This document shows positions 19,798-29,237 of a stretch of 55,899 nucleotides of DNA, piece after piece; the first letter of the stretch is position 1; each line of letters opens with the position of its first letter. Source of the stretch: a virus (taxonomy: Duplodnaviria > Caudoviricetes); IMG/VR virus record IMGVR_UViG_3300032053_000095, positions 1 to 55,899 of that record; one strand, 5' to 3'. The translations under genes and the position numbers were made by a program. The notes beneath the pieces are model-generated. The model worked only from the letters and a program-made list of their open reading frames with translations. It searched no databases and had not been told where the DNA came from.

Positions 19798-20617
19798 TCA
19801 CCTTAAATAAACTTTCTGAACATATTTTGTTCCAATCACAATACTTGCATACTCTTTCACTCTTTGACCTTAGTTGAGTTCCTTCTTCAATTCTTTGCTT
19901 GACATCAAACGCAAACGTAAGCCACTCTTTTACCTTCGCTTGATTATAAACAATAGAAAACGGAGTAACAACTACCGCATGGCAAACATTAAACTTGAAC
20001 CCTAAAATATTATAACCTTCATTTTTCATACAATAAGGATATATAATCGCTTGTGCTTCTTTTTCAGCTTCTTCCTGTGTCCAATCAGAGCTTGAAGTTT
20101 TGTGATCTATTATCCACATAGAACGATCAATAACATCGACCTTCCCTGTTATCCCTAATTTCCTTTCTCCATAAGTAATATGAACACAGAAAAACTTTTC
20201 TATAAATTCTTGCCCCAAAGGATAAATCATAGGAAGTGCTTTTTGAAAATATATTCTTATATAATTCTCACACTTCAAATGCGCCTTATTTTCAGCTAAT
20301 CTTGAAAAATCCGTATTCTGCTTTTCCCTTCCCCATATAGCGTTAAACATTTTTTCTATATCATTCCATCCGTAATGAATACCTCTCTTTACGAAAAATC
20401 TTAAATCCTGTTCTATAACTTCATGGAAGCAACTCCCAATCATGAGATAAACTGATTTAGTAGTTATTTTTGGTTGCGTATATTTCCATACTAATTTCCA
20501 TTCGCATTCCTTCGCCATCATTATGTCTGTCGCGCTCATTTGTAAAATATTATCACTATAAACATGAACCCGTTTATTGAAATCCCAAAATTTAAACCTT
20601 CCTTGTTGATTTTCCAT
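19784..20617 (-). CDS. Cas4/RecB-like PD-(D/E)XK exonuclease
   Basis: G..FH, GKVD..IIDHKTS, Q...Y; 1+3 Cys pattern (CEWK...CKYCDWNKIC). Confidence 0.85.
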   Translation of the reverse strand: MENQQGRFKFWDFNKRVHVYSDNILQMSATDIMMAKECEWKLVWKYTQPKITTKSVYLMIGSCFHEVIEQDLRFFVKRGIHYGWNDIEKMFNAIWGREKQNTDFSRLAENKAHLKCENYIRIYFQKALPMIYPLGQEFIEKFFCVHITYGERKLGITGKVDVIDRSMWIIDHKTSSSDWTQEEAEKEAQAIIYPYCMKNEGYNILGFKFNVCHAVVVTPFSIVYNQAKVKEWLTFAFDVKQRIEEGTQLRSKSERVCKYCDWNKICSESLFKVNENA

Positions 20618-20637
20618 TTTTTCTCCTAAATAATAAC

Positions 20638-20823
20638 CTAGATTATTTTATTTTTTTCTTCCCTATCTATTTCAATAGAATATCCACAATTCAAACAAGT
20701 TTTAATATTTATATACATATCTTCTGATTCACAATGATCAATTCTCCATTCATTTTTCTTACATTTATGACAATATTCTTTTATATTTTTCTTAAATTTT
20801 AATTTTTCACAAATCTTCGACAT
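20638..20823 (-). CDS. Small zinc-ribbon protein
   Basis: CHKC...CLNCG. Confidence 0.5.
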   Translation of the reverse strand: MSKICEKLKFKKNIKEYCHKCKKNEWRIDHCESEDMYINIKTCLNCGYSIEIDREEKNKII

Positions 20824-21973
20824 TTATATCCTCCTCAACTATAATTCCTTCTTTCTCCCTTATCTTTTTAATTATATTTTCATAAACATTATTCGCGATA
20901 GCTCTCATAAACAAAGGAGGAACAGCCCTTCCGCATCTTTCCCATTGTTGATTGAAATCTCCTGTTAAAATAAAATCATCAGGGAAAGAACAAACCCTTT
21001 TTATTTCCTTAATAGTTAATCTCCTATTTTCATCTGGGTAAATGCAAGCACATCCTCCAGTATGCCCATGGCTTTGTAAAACAGTATTACATTCTTTATC
21101 CCATTCCAATCTAGTAAGAGAAAAATATGAACCCTTCGGATGATATTTACTACCTGATTCACCAGGTTTTAATTGAATAACATATTTATAAGTTTCATAT
21201 CCTTCCGTTAAACCTTTCTTAGATTCTTCAATATCTTTTTCTGAATTTTCAACTCCTTCTAATGCTTCTCTCACTGTTACTCTTTTAGTAATCCAAGGCA
21301 AAGGAAATGACGGAGCTATTTCTAAATCTTGCCTTACTCCTATAATAATTAGTCTTGATCTCCTTTGAGGAACTCCGAAATCCCTAGCATTTAAAATATG
21401 ATATTGAACCCTATATCCACATTGTTCAAAATGATATAAAAATGTTTTCTCATGTTCTCCGAATAAATCATTCTGTTTAGTTCCTAATAAGTTTAATGCT
21501 CCCCCTAAAGTTAAACCTTCTACATTTTCAGCCACGAATACTTTCGGTTGTATCTCATTTAAAATCCTTATGAACTCAAAAAATAAATCATCAGTTCTCT
21601 GTTCCGTATCAGAATATTTTTTAACCTTTCCCCATCCTTTTTCTCTTTTACCAGAAATAGAAAAACTCGCGCAAGGTGGCGAACCGTCAAGCAAATCAAG
21701 TTCTCCTTTCTTTAATCCTACTTTATCTAAAATAATTTGACCGGTTAATTCTCTAATATCTTCAGGAAATATAATAGTATTAGGATAATTCACTTTATAA
21801 GTTTCAATAGCAGCAGGAATAAATTCATTTATAGCTAATATATTTGCTCCTGCTAATCTATAACCAGTAGAACTCCCTCCGCATCCTGCGAAAGTAGATA
21901 CTACCGTAAATAATTTCCTTTTCTCACTTTCATAAACATCTTTCATTTTAGGTAAGGTTTCAAAATATTTCAT
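20807..21973 (-). CDS. DNA cytosine-C5 methyltransferase-family enzyme, probable carboxymethyltransferase
   Basis: Motifs I FAGCGG, IV GSPPC, VI ENV, VIII QRRSR; motif X reads GRAVPP instead of GNAVPP. Confidence 0.92.
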   Translation of the reverse strand: MKYFETLPKMKDVYESEKRKLFTVVSTFAGCGGSSTGYRLAGANILAINEFIPAAIETYKVNYPNTIIFPEDIRELTGQIILDKVGLKKGELDLLDGSPPCASFSISGKREKGWGKVKKYSDTEQRTDDLFFEFIRILNEIQPKVFVAENVEGLTLGGALNLLGTKQNDLFGEHEKTFLYHFEQCGYRVQYHILNARDFGVPQRRSRLIIIGVRQDLEIAPSFPLPWITKRVTVREALEGVENSEKDIEESKKGLTEGYETYKYVIQLKPGESGSKYHPKGSYFSLTRLEWDKECNTVLQSHGHTGGCACIYPDENRRLTIKEIKRVCSFPDDFILTGDFNQQWERCGRAVPPLFMRAIANNVYENIIKKIREKEGIIVEEDINVEDL

Positions 21974-21974
21974 T

Positions 21975-22415
21975 TTAATTTTCCTTTAAAAATTCCGTAA
22001 CTTTTCTTTTTATTTCAACATCTTTTCCGTTTATACTTATATTTATTCCTGAAGGATGAGGGATGCTTAATTTTTCAATCTTCCATGGTAAATATCTCAA
22101 ATATTTTCCTATTAGATTTTGAGAAAATTTCCCAACCATAATAACTTTTTCATACTTACCTTGAATTATTCTTTTTATTACATAATCTCTTAATCCAAAA
22201 ATGGTTTCTTTTTTAACAGGAACTATATCACCTTTTCCATTTCTTCCCATATAATAAGGAATGGCATGAATAGTATCAACTAATTCCGCAAGTTCTTCTT
22301 GGCTGTTTACTCTGAACCATTTCCAAAGTCTTTTAGATGAATTCCCTCCATTCCAAGGAATCCTTGTTACTGAACTTTTCGCTGGTGCTTGCCCTATCAC
22401 TAAAATACTATTCAT
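21975..22415 (-). CDS. Uracil-DNA glycosylase superfamily protein
   Basis: ILVIGQAP and IPHPSG motifs. Confidence 0.8.
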   Translation of the reverse strand: MNSILVIGQAPAKSSVTRIPWNGGNSSKRLWKWFRVNSQEELAELVDTIHAIPYYMGRNGKGDIVPVKKETIFGLRDYVIKRIIQGKYEKVIMVGKFSQNLIGKYLRYLPWKIEKLSIPHPSGINISINGKDVEIKRKVTEFLKEN

Positions 22416-23274
22416 TTGGTTCTTCCCCTCCTCCTATTAATAATTGAACTGGTTTATTAACTTTCCAATATATATCCCTATATAAATCAATTACTCTCTG
22501 CCTTCCTTTTTTATTTATTTCAGGATTTTTTAATAAAGGTTCAAATATTTCCCTTATTCCTGAATCCCCACCTTGTAAATTCATCCTTTTAAAAAGATTA
22601 ATCTTAGAAAAATATTCAGGAAACATATCAAGTAGTGCTTGTTTTTGAATAGGTTTATTTATTTCTTCCCAAGTTTTATTAAAAAACCATTTTATTACCT
22701 CTTTACCAACAAATGGATCATAAGTTTTATTATCAGAATTATTAGAAAGTTTCTTAAATATTCCATTATGTATTCTCAAACTATCATAACTCAATATCGT
22801 TTCCTCTTTTCTATATTCTTGTAAATCTTTTAAATTCTTTGCATGATGAATTAATCCATGCTTAGTCAAACAAAAATGGTCATCGGAAGCAAGCCCGATT
22901 AACAAAAGATTTTCTTTCACTTTTGGATAAAGGAAATAATAAGGATAAAAACATTCAACCCTTGTCTTTCTCCAAGTCTTAAATTCCTTTATGAAACTAC
23001 GAACGATATTTATATCCACTATTTTAGGAATGATACATTCAATAAATTCAATTTTAAAAATATCACAATTCCTTTTAGCATTAATATAATCCTGGCTTTC
23101 AATACCTTCCACATGGAAATTATAAGCCCTAACCTTTTTCTTTAATTCCAATAAAGCAAATAATATAGAATTACTATCCTTGCCAGATGATAATGCTATC
23201 GCAATATTATCATATCCTTTAGTAATATTAGATACTTCTTTTAAAAATATTTCTCTTAGTTTTATTTGATGCAT
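22408..23274 (-). CDS. Asparagine-synthetase C-terminal-like PP-loop ATP-dependent amide ligase (no glutaminase domain)
   Basis: IALSSGKDS PP-loop; GLASD; YDPF; QK..L; LQGG. Confidence 0.8.
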   Translation of the reverse strand: MHQIKLREIFLKEVSNITKGYDNIAIALSSGKDSNSILFALLELKKKVRAYNFHVEGIESQDYINAKRNCDIFKIEFIECIIPKIVDINIVRSFIKEFKTWRKTRVECFYPYYFLYPKVKENLLLIGLASDDHFCLTKHGLIHHAKNLKDLQEYRKEETILSYDSLRIHNGIFKKLSNNSDNKTYDPFVGKEVIKWFFNKTWEEINKPIQKQALLDMFPEYFSKINLFKRMNLQGGDSGIREIFEPLLKNPEINKKGRQRVIDLYRDIYWKVNKPVQLLIGGGEEPNE

Positions 23275-23900
23275 AAAAACGCCTCAAAATTAAAGTATTT
23301 AAAAAACCTCTCTATTTTTTTAAATCCCACTTTCATTAAAAGCTCTTCATTTTCCTTGCTAGTATTAGGTTTCAAAATTTCCCTTAATGAATCCTCCTTA
23401 TCCAAAATTTCAGTTCCGGTAAATGAATTCCTTTTATAATCATAATAAGAAAAAGTAAAGATTTCCTGAAACTGTCCGAATTCGGAATAAGTCTTTTCAG
23501 CGATAATTAAAGCCCCACCAGGATTAAGCCCATTATAAATATCAGTCAAAAGTTGATACCTGCTTTTTTTCTTTAAAAATTGGAGAATAAATATTGAATA
23601 GATAATAGAAGCATTTTTAAACTCAAAACTATCATTTAAATCTGTACAAATCCATTCAATCCCATTCTTACTTTCTGGCAATAAATTCCTACTATTATCA
23701 ATCCCAACTTTCTTGCAATCAAATTTTATTGATTTTAAGAGCTTCCCGGTAGAACACCCTATATCATAAATGGTCATATTCTTATCATAAAAATACTTTG
23801 AAATACAAAGGATACTATTGAATAAAATATCATAGTTAGGAATGGAAGCCAAAATATGCTTATCAAAATCCTGAATCGTATTAAAACTAAACCTTTTCAT
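23262..23900 (-). CDS. cmoA: CmoA-like carboxy-S-adenosylmethionine synthase
   Basis: FDKHILASIPNY, YDIGCSTG, FILQF, LNPGGALIIAEK, FKYFNF parallel CmoA motifs. Confidence 0.8.
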   Translation of the reverse strand: MKRFSFNTIQDFDKHILASIPNYDILFNSILCISKYFYDKNMTIYDIGCSTGKLLKSIKFDCKKVGIDNSRNLLPESKNGIEWICTDLNDSFEFKNASIIYSIFILQFLKKKSRYQLLTDIYNGLNPGGALIIAEKTYSEFGQFQEIFTFSYYDYKRNSFTGTEILDKEDSLREILKPNTSKENEELLMKVGFKKIERFFKYFNFEAFLCIK

Positions 23901-24041
23901 GAACCCTCCTATCCTTATTTAAAGCCCTATCTAGTGCTCCCTAGTGGTCATTCTAGCCCTTAAACCCTATATAAAGGAAATCTCTTATTATATATAATTC
24001 TATTCTTTTTTATAAGTAAATTCTTATGTCCCATTTTTGGT

Positions 24042-24370
24042 TGTAAAGTGGTTTTTACTCTCAAAAACCTTCATTTTAAGCTTTTCTACTTTACATACTT
24101 TACAGAAATTGTTTAAAATTTTTAACCTATTCAAAAATAGATTCATTTAAACCTATTATATATATATATGTAAAGTGTAAAGTATAAAATATATAAGGTC
24201 GTACGAGGAAACTTTGATTTTTAAATTTCTCACTTTCTCTCCCTCTCTCTATATATATACATTCCTAGCCACTTTACAACTTTACACCCTACTTGTAAAC
24301 AACTTTTTTGATAATTTATATACAAATTGTATGTCAATGTAAACAAAAAGCTGTAAAAACCAGTAAAGTA
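24042..24370. other. Putative replication origin with iterons
   Basis: Seven exact ACTTTACA/TGTAAAGT octamers in both orientations around (TA)n tracts, just downstream of the primase-helicase. Confidence 0.75.
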
Positions 24371-24387
24371 TAAAATCAAAATCTTCA

Positions 24388-24558
24388 TTATTTTGTATCC
24401 TTTCTTGTTAATTTCAATCCTTGCTTTACATAAAATCTTTGAAATAAACCCTTTTTTGTATCATAGGTTTCTTTAAGATATTCCAAAAATGCTTCCCTGT
24501 CCTCTTTTAAATGAAAAACTGCAATCAAGTCAACCCCGTTTTTAATCCCATATTTCAT
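24388..24558 (-). CDS. Small hypothetical protein (56 aa, not in ORF track)
   Basis: AGGAGG SD; MKYGIKNGVDLIAVFHLKEDREAF... Confidence 0.5.
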   Translation of the reverse strand: MKYGIKNGVDLIAVFHLKEDREAFLEYLKETYDTKKGLFQRFYVKQGLKLTRKDTK

Positions 24559-24568
24559 AAATCCTCCT

Positions 24569-27325
24569 TTATAAATCCCCTAAATCCTGCCCATCATCTT
24601 CCTTTTTTGTCTTTTCTACCTCAAAAACGTTCTTTAGGATTTCCGGGGTAAGCTCATTATTGAGGTCAAAAAGCCATCTACCTGCAACCGTACCCTTAAC
24701 CCTCGTGGTGTCCCAACCCAAGCAATAGGGTTCTTGCTTCAGGATTTTGGCAACCTCTCTACTACTTGGAAGTTCATATTTACGGGTTACTGATTCCCCA
24801 TTTATCTTTCCTAAGAGCATCGGAAGGTGAATTTCAAGTTGATGTATTTCCTTAAAATCCCTATCGGCAGTCCTATGAAAAGCTACTTGTTCATCAAGTT
24901 TCCCTGATTTATGGAGAATATCCAAACCCTCCCAAAGTAACCCTATAATTTCCTCTTGTTTTTGCTGTTCAATTTCATAGTTAGCAAGTTTTATAGCAAA
25001 CCCACATATCTTATCTTTTTGGCTTTCAAAATATGGTTCAGTAAGTGCTCCGGCTACCGCTACCGCCCAAACTTGTGCTTGCCTTGGAGATGCTATTTCT
25101 TGCTTAAATTTAGCAGCTATCTCCTTATATTTAGCCATGAATTCAGGAAATAGGGGTATTCTATTCTTTACCCAATTAAACCCTATTTTGGCTAGTTCCG
25201 GCTCTAATCTAAGTATATCCTCATAATACTTGTCATTCCGTTCTTGTTGAGTTATTTCAAAGGTTACGAGTCTTGAATTAAGCCCTGAATCATTCGTAGC
25301 AGTTTCACCATCAACTATCAAACAACCCCTTACCGCAACCTGTCTTATTTTTAAAGCATCATTCTTAATACCTTTTGAAGCAGAAGAACGGTCAAAAATA
25401 TTCCTAAAAAATCCATGGAATTTCTGCCCCTCTCCTTCCCTATTTCTATAATCATCCGCCCAAACAGGCAAACTTGAATAATAAGCTAATCTCCTTTCAA
25501 TCCCAACTCCAGTGGTTCCACCTTCCCTTAAAGAGATCGCTTTTACTCCTTCAAGTCCAATCATATTCATAAGCCAGCCACACATTATGGATTTCCCACT
25601 TTCTTTTTTACCATGAATCATAAGAATAGGAAAAAACTTATTTTTCTCAAAAAACATCTTGCTCCATAAACAAGATTTTAACCATCCTATCGCTATCGCC
25701 ATTTTAAGATTTCTATTTTTTATAAGCAATTTAAAAATATCTTCCTTGAAATTTTCAATACCTCCTACTGATTCAGTAAGCGGAAAATAAGGAATTTCTG
25801 ACCTTACTCCTGCTTGAGTAGTAAGTGCTGGAATTTTAATTGAATCCTTTTCATTCAAAGTAAGATACCCATCTTTAAGCGGAACAATTTCACCAGTATT
25901 AGCAACGAATATATTATCAGCGATAAATCCTTCATCAATTTCCCCTACACATTCAACCTCTCTTACGATTTTAGGTTTATAAGCAACTCCCCAGAATTGA
26001 ACCAGAGAATTTAAATCATTATCATTCCCTTGAAAAAGACAAGTTTCATTGCAGTTATTTAATAAAAACTCTTTTAATTTTCCAGAATTACTTAAAACCG
26101 TTCCATCCATAAATACTGTATTCTCAAGTTGCCCGTGTTTTATTTTTACTTTCCTTACCCTTAGTTCCTCATTTTGAATAATAATCGCTTCAACTTTCCC
26201 TATCCAATTTGTAAGTTTAATTTCCATTTCTTTATCATGTACGAATTTTGAAATATAATAACCATCCGGTTTCTCCCTAATCAAACTTTGCATTTCAGGA
26301 GAAGGTCTATCAGCTTTAATCTGTAATCCTTCAAAAATTTCCTTTCCGTTTTCTTCATCCCTTATGGTTTCATCTATATCTATTTTATCAGGAGGGAATT
26401 TCATAACAAAAATATCACAATTACTAAAATTTTTCGCTAATCTTTCTGTATCTCTTTTCCCTTCAAAATCAGCATCAAAACAACTATATAATGTAATGAG
26501 TTCAAAGGTTTTTAGATAATCAATCTGCTCTTTAGTCAAAGTTCCTACTGAACCTGCCGCATTAACTCCGATATCCCAAAGTGAAACTACATCATCTTCA
26601 CCTTCAACTGTTACTAAATCAACTCCGTTTTTAATAATATCTTGATTATACCAAACTGAATCCTGTATTCTAACATTCTTAGGCATTTGTTGTTTTTTTA
26701 ATTTATTCGGATCTTTATTTCTAAAATAACTTATCTGACCATTTACTACAAAAGGATATGTAAAAGAACCTTCGGGAACAAGAGTTAATCCGCTCGCTTT
26801 CACTAAATCTTTATCATATAAAGCATTAATTCTTTCTATTAAAGTTCCATCATTAAATCCGATTTTAAAATGAGTAATGGCTTCATAGGAATGCTTGCGA
26901 TATTCAAGTAGATAATTCAAAGGATTTATTTTTAGTCCACGCCATTGATATATAGTCTGGCAAGTAAATAATATATCTTGTGCTATTTCACAATAATCTT
27001 GTCGCATTGAATAATAATCAACTTCTGATTTCTCAAATTTCTTGATTTTTAAATCTTCCGCAAATTTACTAATTGATGCTCTATAAGAAGAAAGTTTATC
27101 ATATTGTTTTCTAAACTGGATTAAATCTCCGATGAAGGTTTGACATTGGAAACAGAAATATTTATCATCTTGGCTTAATCTCGCACATTCATGCCCTCCG
27201 CAAAAACAACATTCAGGTAGATTTTTCCATAACCCTATCGCTTTAAATTGTTGCTCCGTTCTTTGTTCAATATAACTTTCAAGTGTTTGCGAAGATTTTA
27301 TTTTTTCTATAATAGATTGTTGCAT
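24569..27325 (-). CDS. Primase-helicase (Zn finger + TOPRIM + P-loop helicase)
   Basis: CCFCGGH..CFQC; VEGEDD..CFDADFEG; GKKESGKS Walker A, WADD Walker B, NSR Arg finger. Confidence 0.9.
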   Translation of the reverse strand: MQQSIIEKIKSSQTLESYIEQRTEQQFKAIGLWKNLPECCFCGGHECARLSQDDKYFCFQCQTFIGDLIQFRKQYDKLSSYRASISKFAEDLKIKKFEKSEVDYYSMRQDYCEIAQDILFTCQTIYQWRGLKINPLNYLLEYRKHSYEAITHFKIGFNDGTLIERINALYDKDLVKASGLTLVPEGSFTYPFVVNGQISYFRNKDPNKLKKQQMPKNVRIQDSVWYNQDIIKNGVDLVTVEGEDDVVSLWDIGVNAAGSVGTLTKEQIDYLKTFELITLYSCFDADFEGKRDTERLAKNFSNCDIFVMKFPPDKIDIDETIRDEENGKEIFEGLQIKADRPSPEMQSLIREKPDGYYISKFVHDKEMEIKLTNWIGKVEAIIIQNEELRVRKVKIKHGQLENTVFMDGTVLSNSGKLKEFLLNNCNETCLFQGNDNDLNSLVQFWGVAYKPKIVREVECVGEIDEGFIADNIFVANTGEIVPLKDGYLTLNEKDSIKIPALTTQAGVRSEIPYFPLTESVGGIENFKEDIFKLLIKNRNLKMAIAIGWLKSCLWSKMFFEKNKFFPILMIHGKKESGKSIMCGWLMNMIGLEGVKAISLREGGTTGVGIERRLAYYSSLPVWADDYRNREGEGQKFHGFFRNIFDRSSASKGIKNDALKIRQVAVRGCLIVDGETATNDSGLNSRLVTFEITQQERNDKYYEDILRLEPELAKIGFNWVKNRIPLFPEFMAKYKEIAAKFKQEIASPRQAQVWAVAVAGALTEPYFESQKDKICGFAIKLANYEIEQQKQEEIIGLLWEGLDILHKSGKLDEQVAFHRTADRDFKEIHQLEIHLPMLLGKINGESVTRKYELPSSREVAKILKQEPYCLGWDTTRVKGTVAGRWLFDLNNELTPEILKNVFEVEKTKKEDDGQDLGDL

Positions 27326-27328
27326 TTT

Positions 27329-27984
27329 TTATCCCTTCTTTTCTAGGTTAATTTTAACTAAACATTTCTTTTCATTATAATTCTTACAGTTATATCCGAA
27401 TAAGCATACACGGGTAGTAATTTTCTTCTGCCCCATAAATCCTAATTTATCATAAAAAAAATCAGGACAATCTGGGAAATTACAAATCTTCGCTATTGGT
27501 TCGTATCTCATTTTATACTCCCAGTGAAAGTTGATTTATGTGCCTTGAATTTTGCTTGAAATACTGATACTTTTCCCAGTATCCTAAACCTTGATAAAAA
27601 CATAACTTAAATTGAGCATAAAAAATTTTCAAGGTAAATTTCTTAATCTGCATAACCTTAATGTAATTGTCTAAATGAGAATCAAATTCATATAAACTTA
27701 ATCTGCTTTCAAGATTTTCAAACACCTTCTTTTTCTCTAACATTTTCATCGGTTGCTCTTTCCAGTTAGTCATTTTTCCTCCTTTATTTTTCTTCATAAA
27801 AGCACCTAAAAGCCAAAACTAATCCATGTATTTTTCCACAAACTTTTTTAGGAGAACATATATCATATTCAATACAATCTTTGCAAATAATATCCTTTAT
27901 ATCAGTTATCAAGAAATCCATTTTTACTATTTTAGGTGTTTTTTTCATAAAGATATTTAATAAATTCTTAAATGGATTTTTCAT
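27329..27984 (-). other. Three small hypothetical ORFs
   Basis: Abutting co-oriented ORFs. Confidence 0.5.
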
Positions 27985-28216
27985 ATTTTTTTCCTTCCAG
28001 AAAACTTAAAGCAAATTCCTTAGTTTTCTCACATTGTTCTATCGTAAAAAATCTAATATGACATTTTTCGGAAGGAATTTTTAGATACTTAGATAAGGAT
28101 TTATAACAATCAATTCTACTTCTTTTATAATTATTTCTACCTTTCCATATAGAATCAAATAATCTATGTGCTTCCAATCTCGCCTTACAAAGTTTAGGAT
28201 TATCAGAATAATACAT
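27968..28216 (-). CDS. DUF3268-like protein (C-terminal part)
   Basis: ARLEAH..FD.IWK..R..Y..L...L.I..CHI..F..EQC. Confidence 0.65.
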   Translation of the reverse strand: MYYSDNPKLCKARLEAHRLFDSIWKGRNNYKRSRIDCYKSLSKYLKIPSEKCHIRFFTIEQCEKTKEFALSFLEGKKYEKSI

Positions 28217-28217
28217 A

Positions 28218-28580
28218 TCAAATTCCTATTTTATTTCTACAATTAAAACAATTACAGGAAATATGATGCTTTTTGAAAATAGGTAATTTAATATTAAATT
28301 CATTTAATAATTCCTTTAATTGGTTATCTGTATGGTCATACCATTTATCTGAAATTTCAAATATATCGCCATTTTTAAATACATTCATTTTACAAGAACG
28401 TCCCTTGACATAATCCATCATTACAATACAACTATTATCTTTTTTAAATATATATTTTTCTGCTTCTTCATCTGTTAATGGTTGTGGATTATAATGTAAA
28501 AATCCTAATCCTTGTGGATTACTTAATTCATAAACCTTTTTAACAAATTTAACTAAATCTATTCCTGTAATATTTATCAT
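28218..28580 (-). CDS. Conserved hypothetical phage protein
   Basis: PQGLGFLH...MDYVKGRSCKM. Confidence 0.65.
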   Translation of the reverse strand: MINITGIDLVKFVKKVYELSNPQGLGFLHYNPQPLTDEEAEKYIFKKDNSCIVMMDYVKGRSCKMNVFKNGDIFEISDKWYDHTDNQLKELLNEFNIKLPIFKKHHISCNCFNCRNKIGI

Positions 28581-28588
28581 AAATCCTC

Positions 28589-29086
28589 CTAAATATTAAT
28601 TTTTAGTATCTCATATTTTACATAAAATTGTAGGATTTTATAAAGAGCATTACGCCCATTCTGATAACTATTAAAAAAAAGAGGAGTAATCCCGTATTTA
28701 ATCATAAAAGAAAATATTGTAGCATAAACATTTCCGGCAGGCAATATGCCTGGCGGTTGGTCATTTACAATTGAAAGATAATCTCCCTCAATAAGAATAT
28801 ACTTAAATTTCACATCTCTCATCTTTTCAAGTTCTCTACAAAATCTATCTCGTGATGAACCAGAAAAAGCAAAAAGCTCCGCGATTGCACCCTTACGTTC
28901 AATAATAATCTGGTCATAAAAATCCTTCCCATCATACCTCACACTATAATCCCCATAAGGAAGGCAAACTGAAATACTATTTGGAAACTTATAAGGTTGC
29001 TGTTCACGGGTATCCGTCAAAATCTGAAATCGGTTAATTAATTCATCCTGTTTTTCTTTTTGGTTCATAAATGAACATCCCTTCAT
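28589..29086 (-). CDS. ERCC4/XPF-domain nuclease (probable resolvase)
   Basis: DTREQ, GDY, IERK, RF.RE signature. Confidence 0.88.
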   Translation of the reverse strand: MKGCSFMNQKEKQDELINRFQILTDTREQQPYKFPNSISVCLPYGDYSVRYDGKDFYDQIIIERKGAIAELFAFSGSSRDRFCRELEKMRDVKFKYILIEGDYLSIVNDQPPGILPAGNVYATIFSFMIKYGITPLFFNSYQNGRNALYKILQFYVKYEILKINI

Positions 29087-29237
29087 TTATATATTGTAAA
29101 ACCCTTCCGGCTTGCATATTAATTACAACTGCCGCAGGTAATCTCCTATTTCCCATATTACCAAAACATTCACAATAAACTGACCTTCGTGCCCATGCAA
29201 GTTTTTGGATTTCCTCTACTGTATTTACTCTTTCCAT
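29043..29237 (-). CDS. Hypothetical protein
   Basis: RLPAAVVINMQ; abuts the SSB gene. Confidence 0.5.
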   Translation of the reverse strand: MERVNTVEEIQKLAWARRSVYCECFGNMGNRRLPAAVVINMQAGRVLQYINEGMFIYEPKRKTG

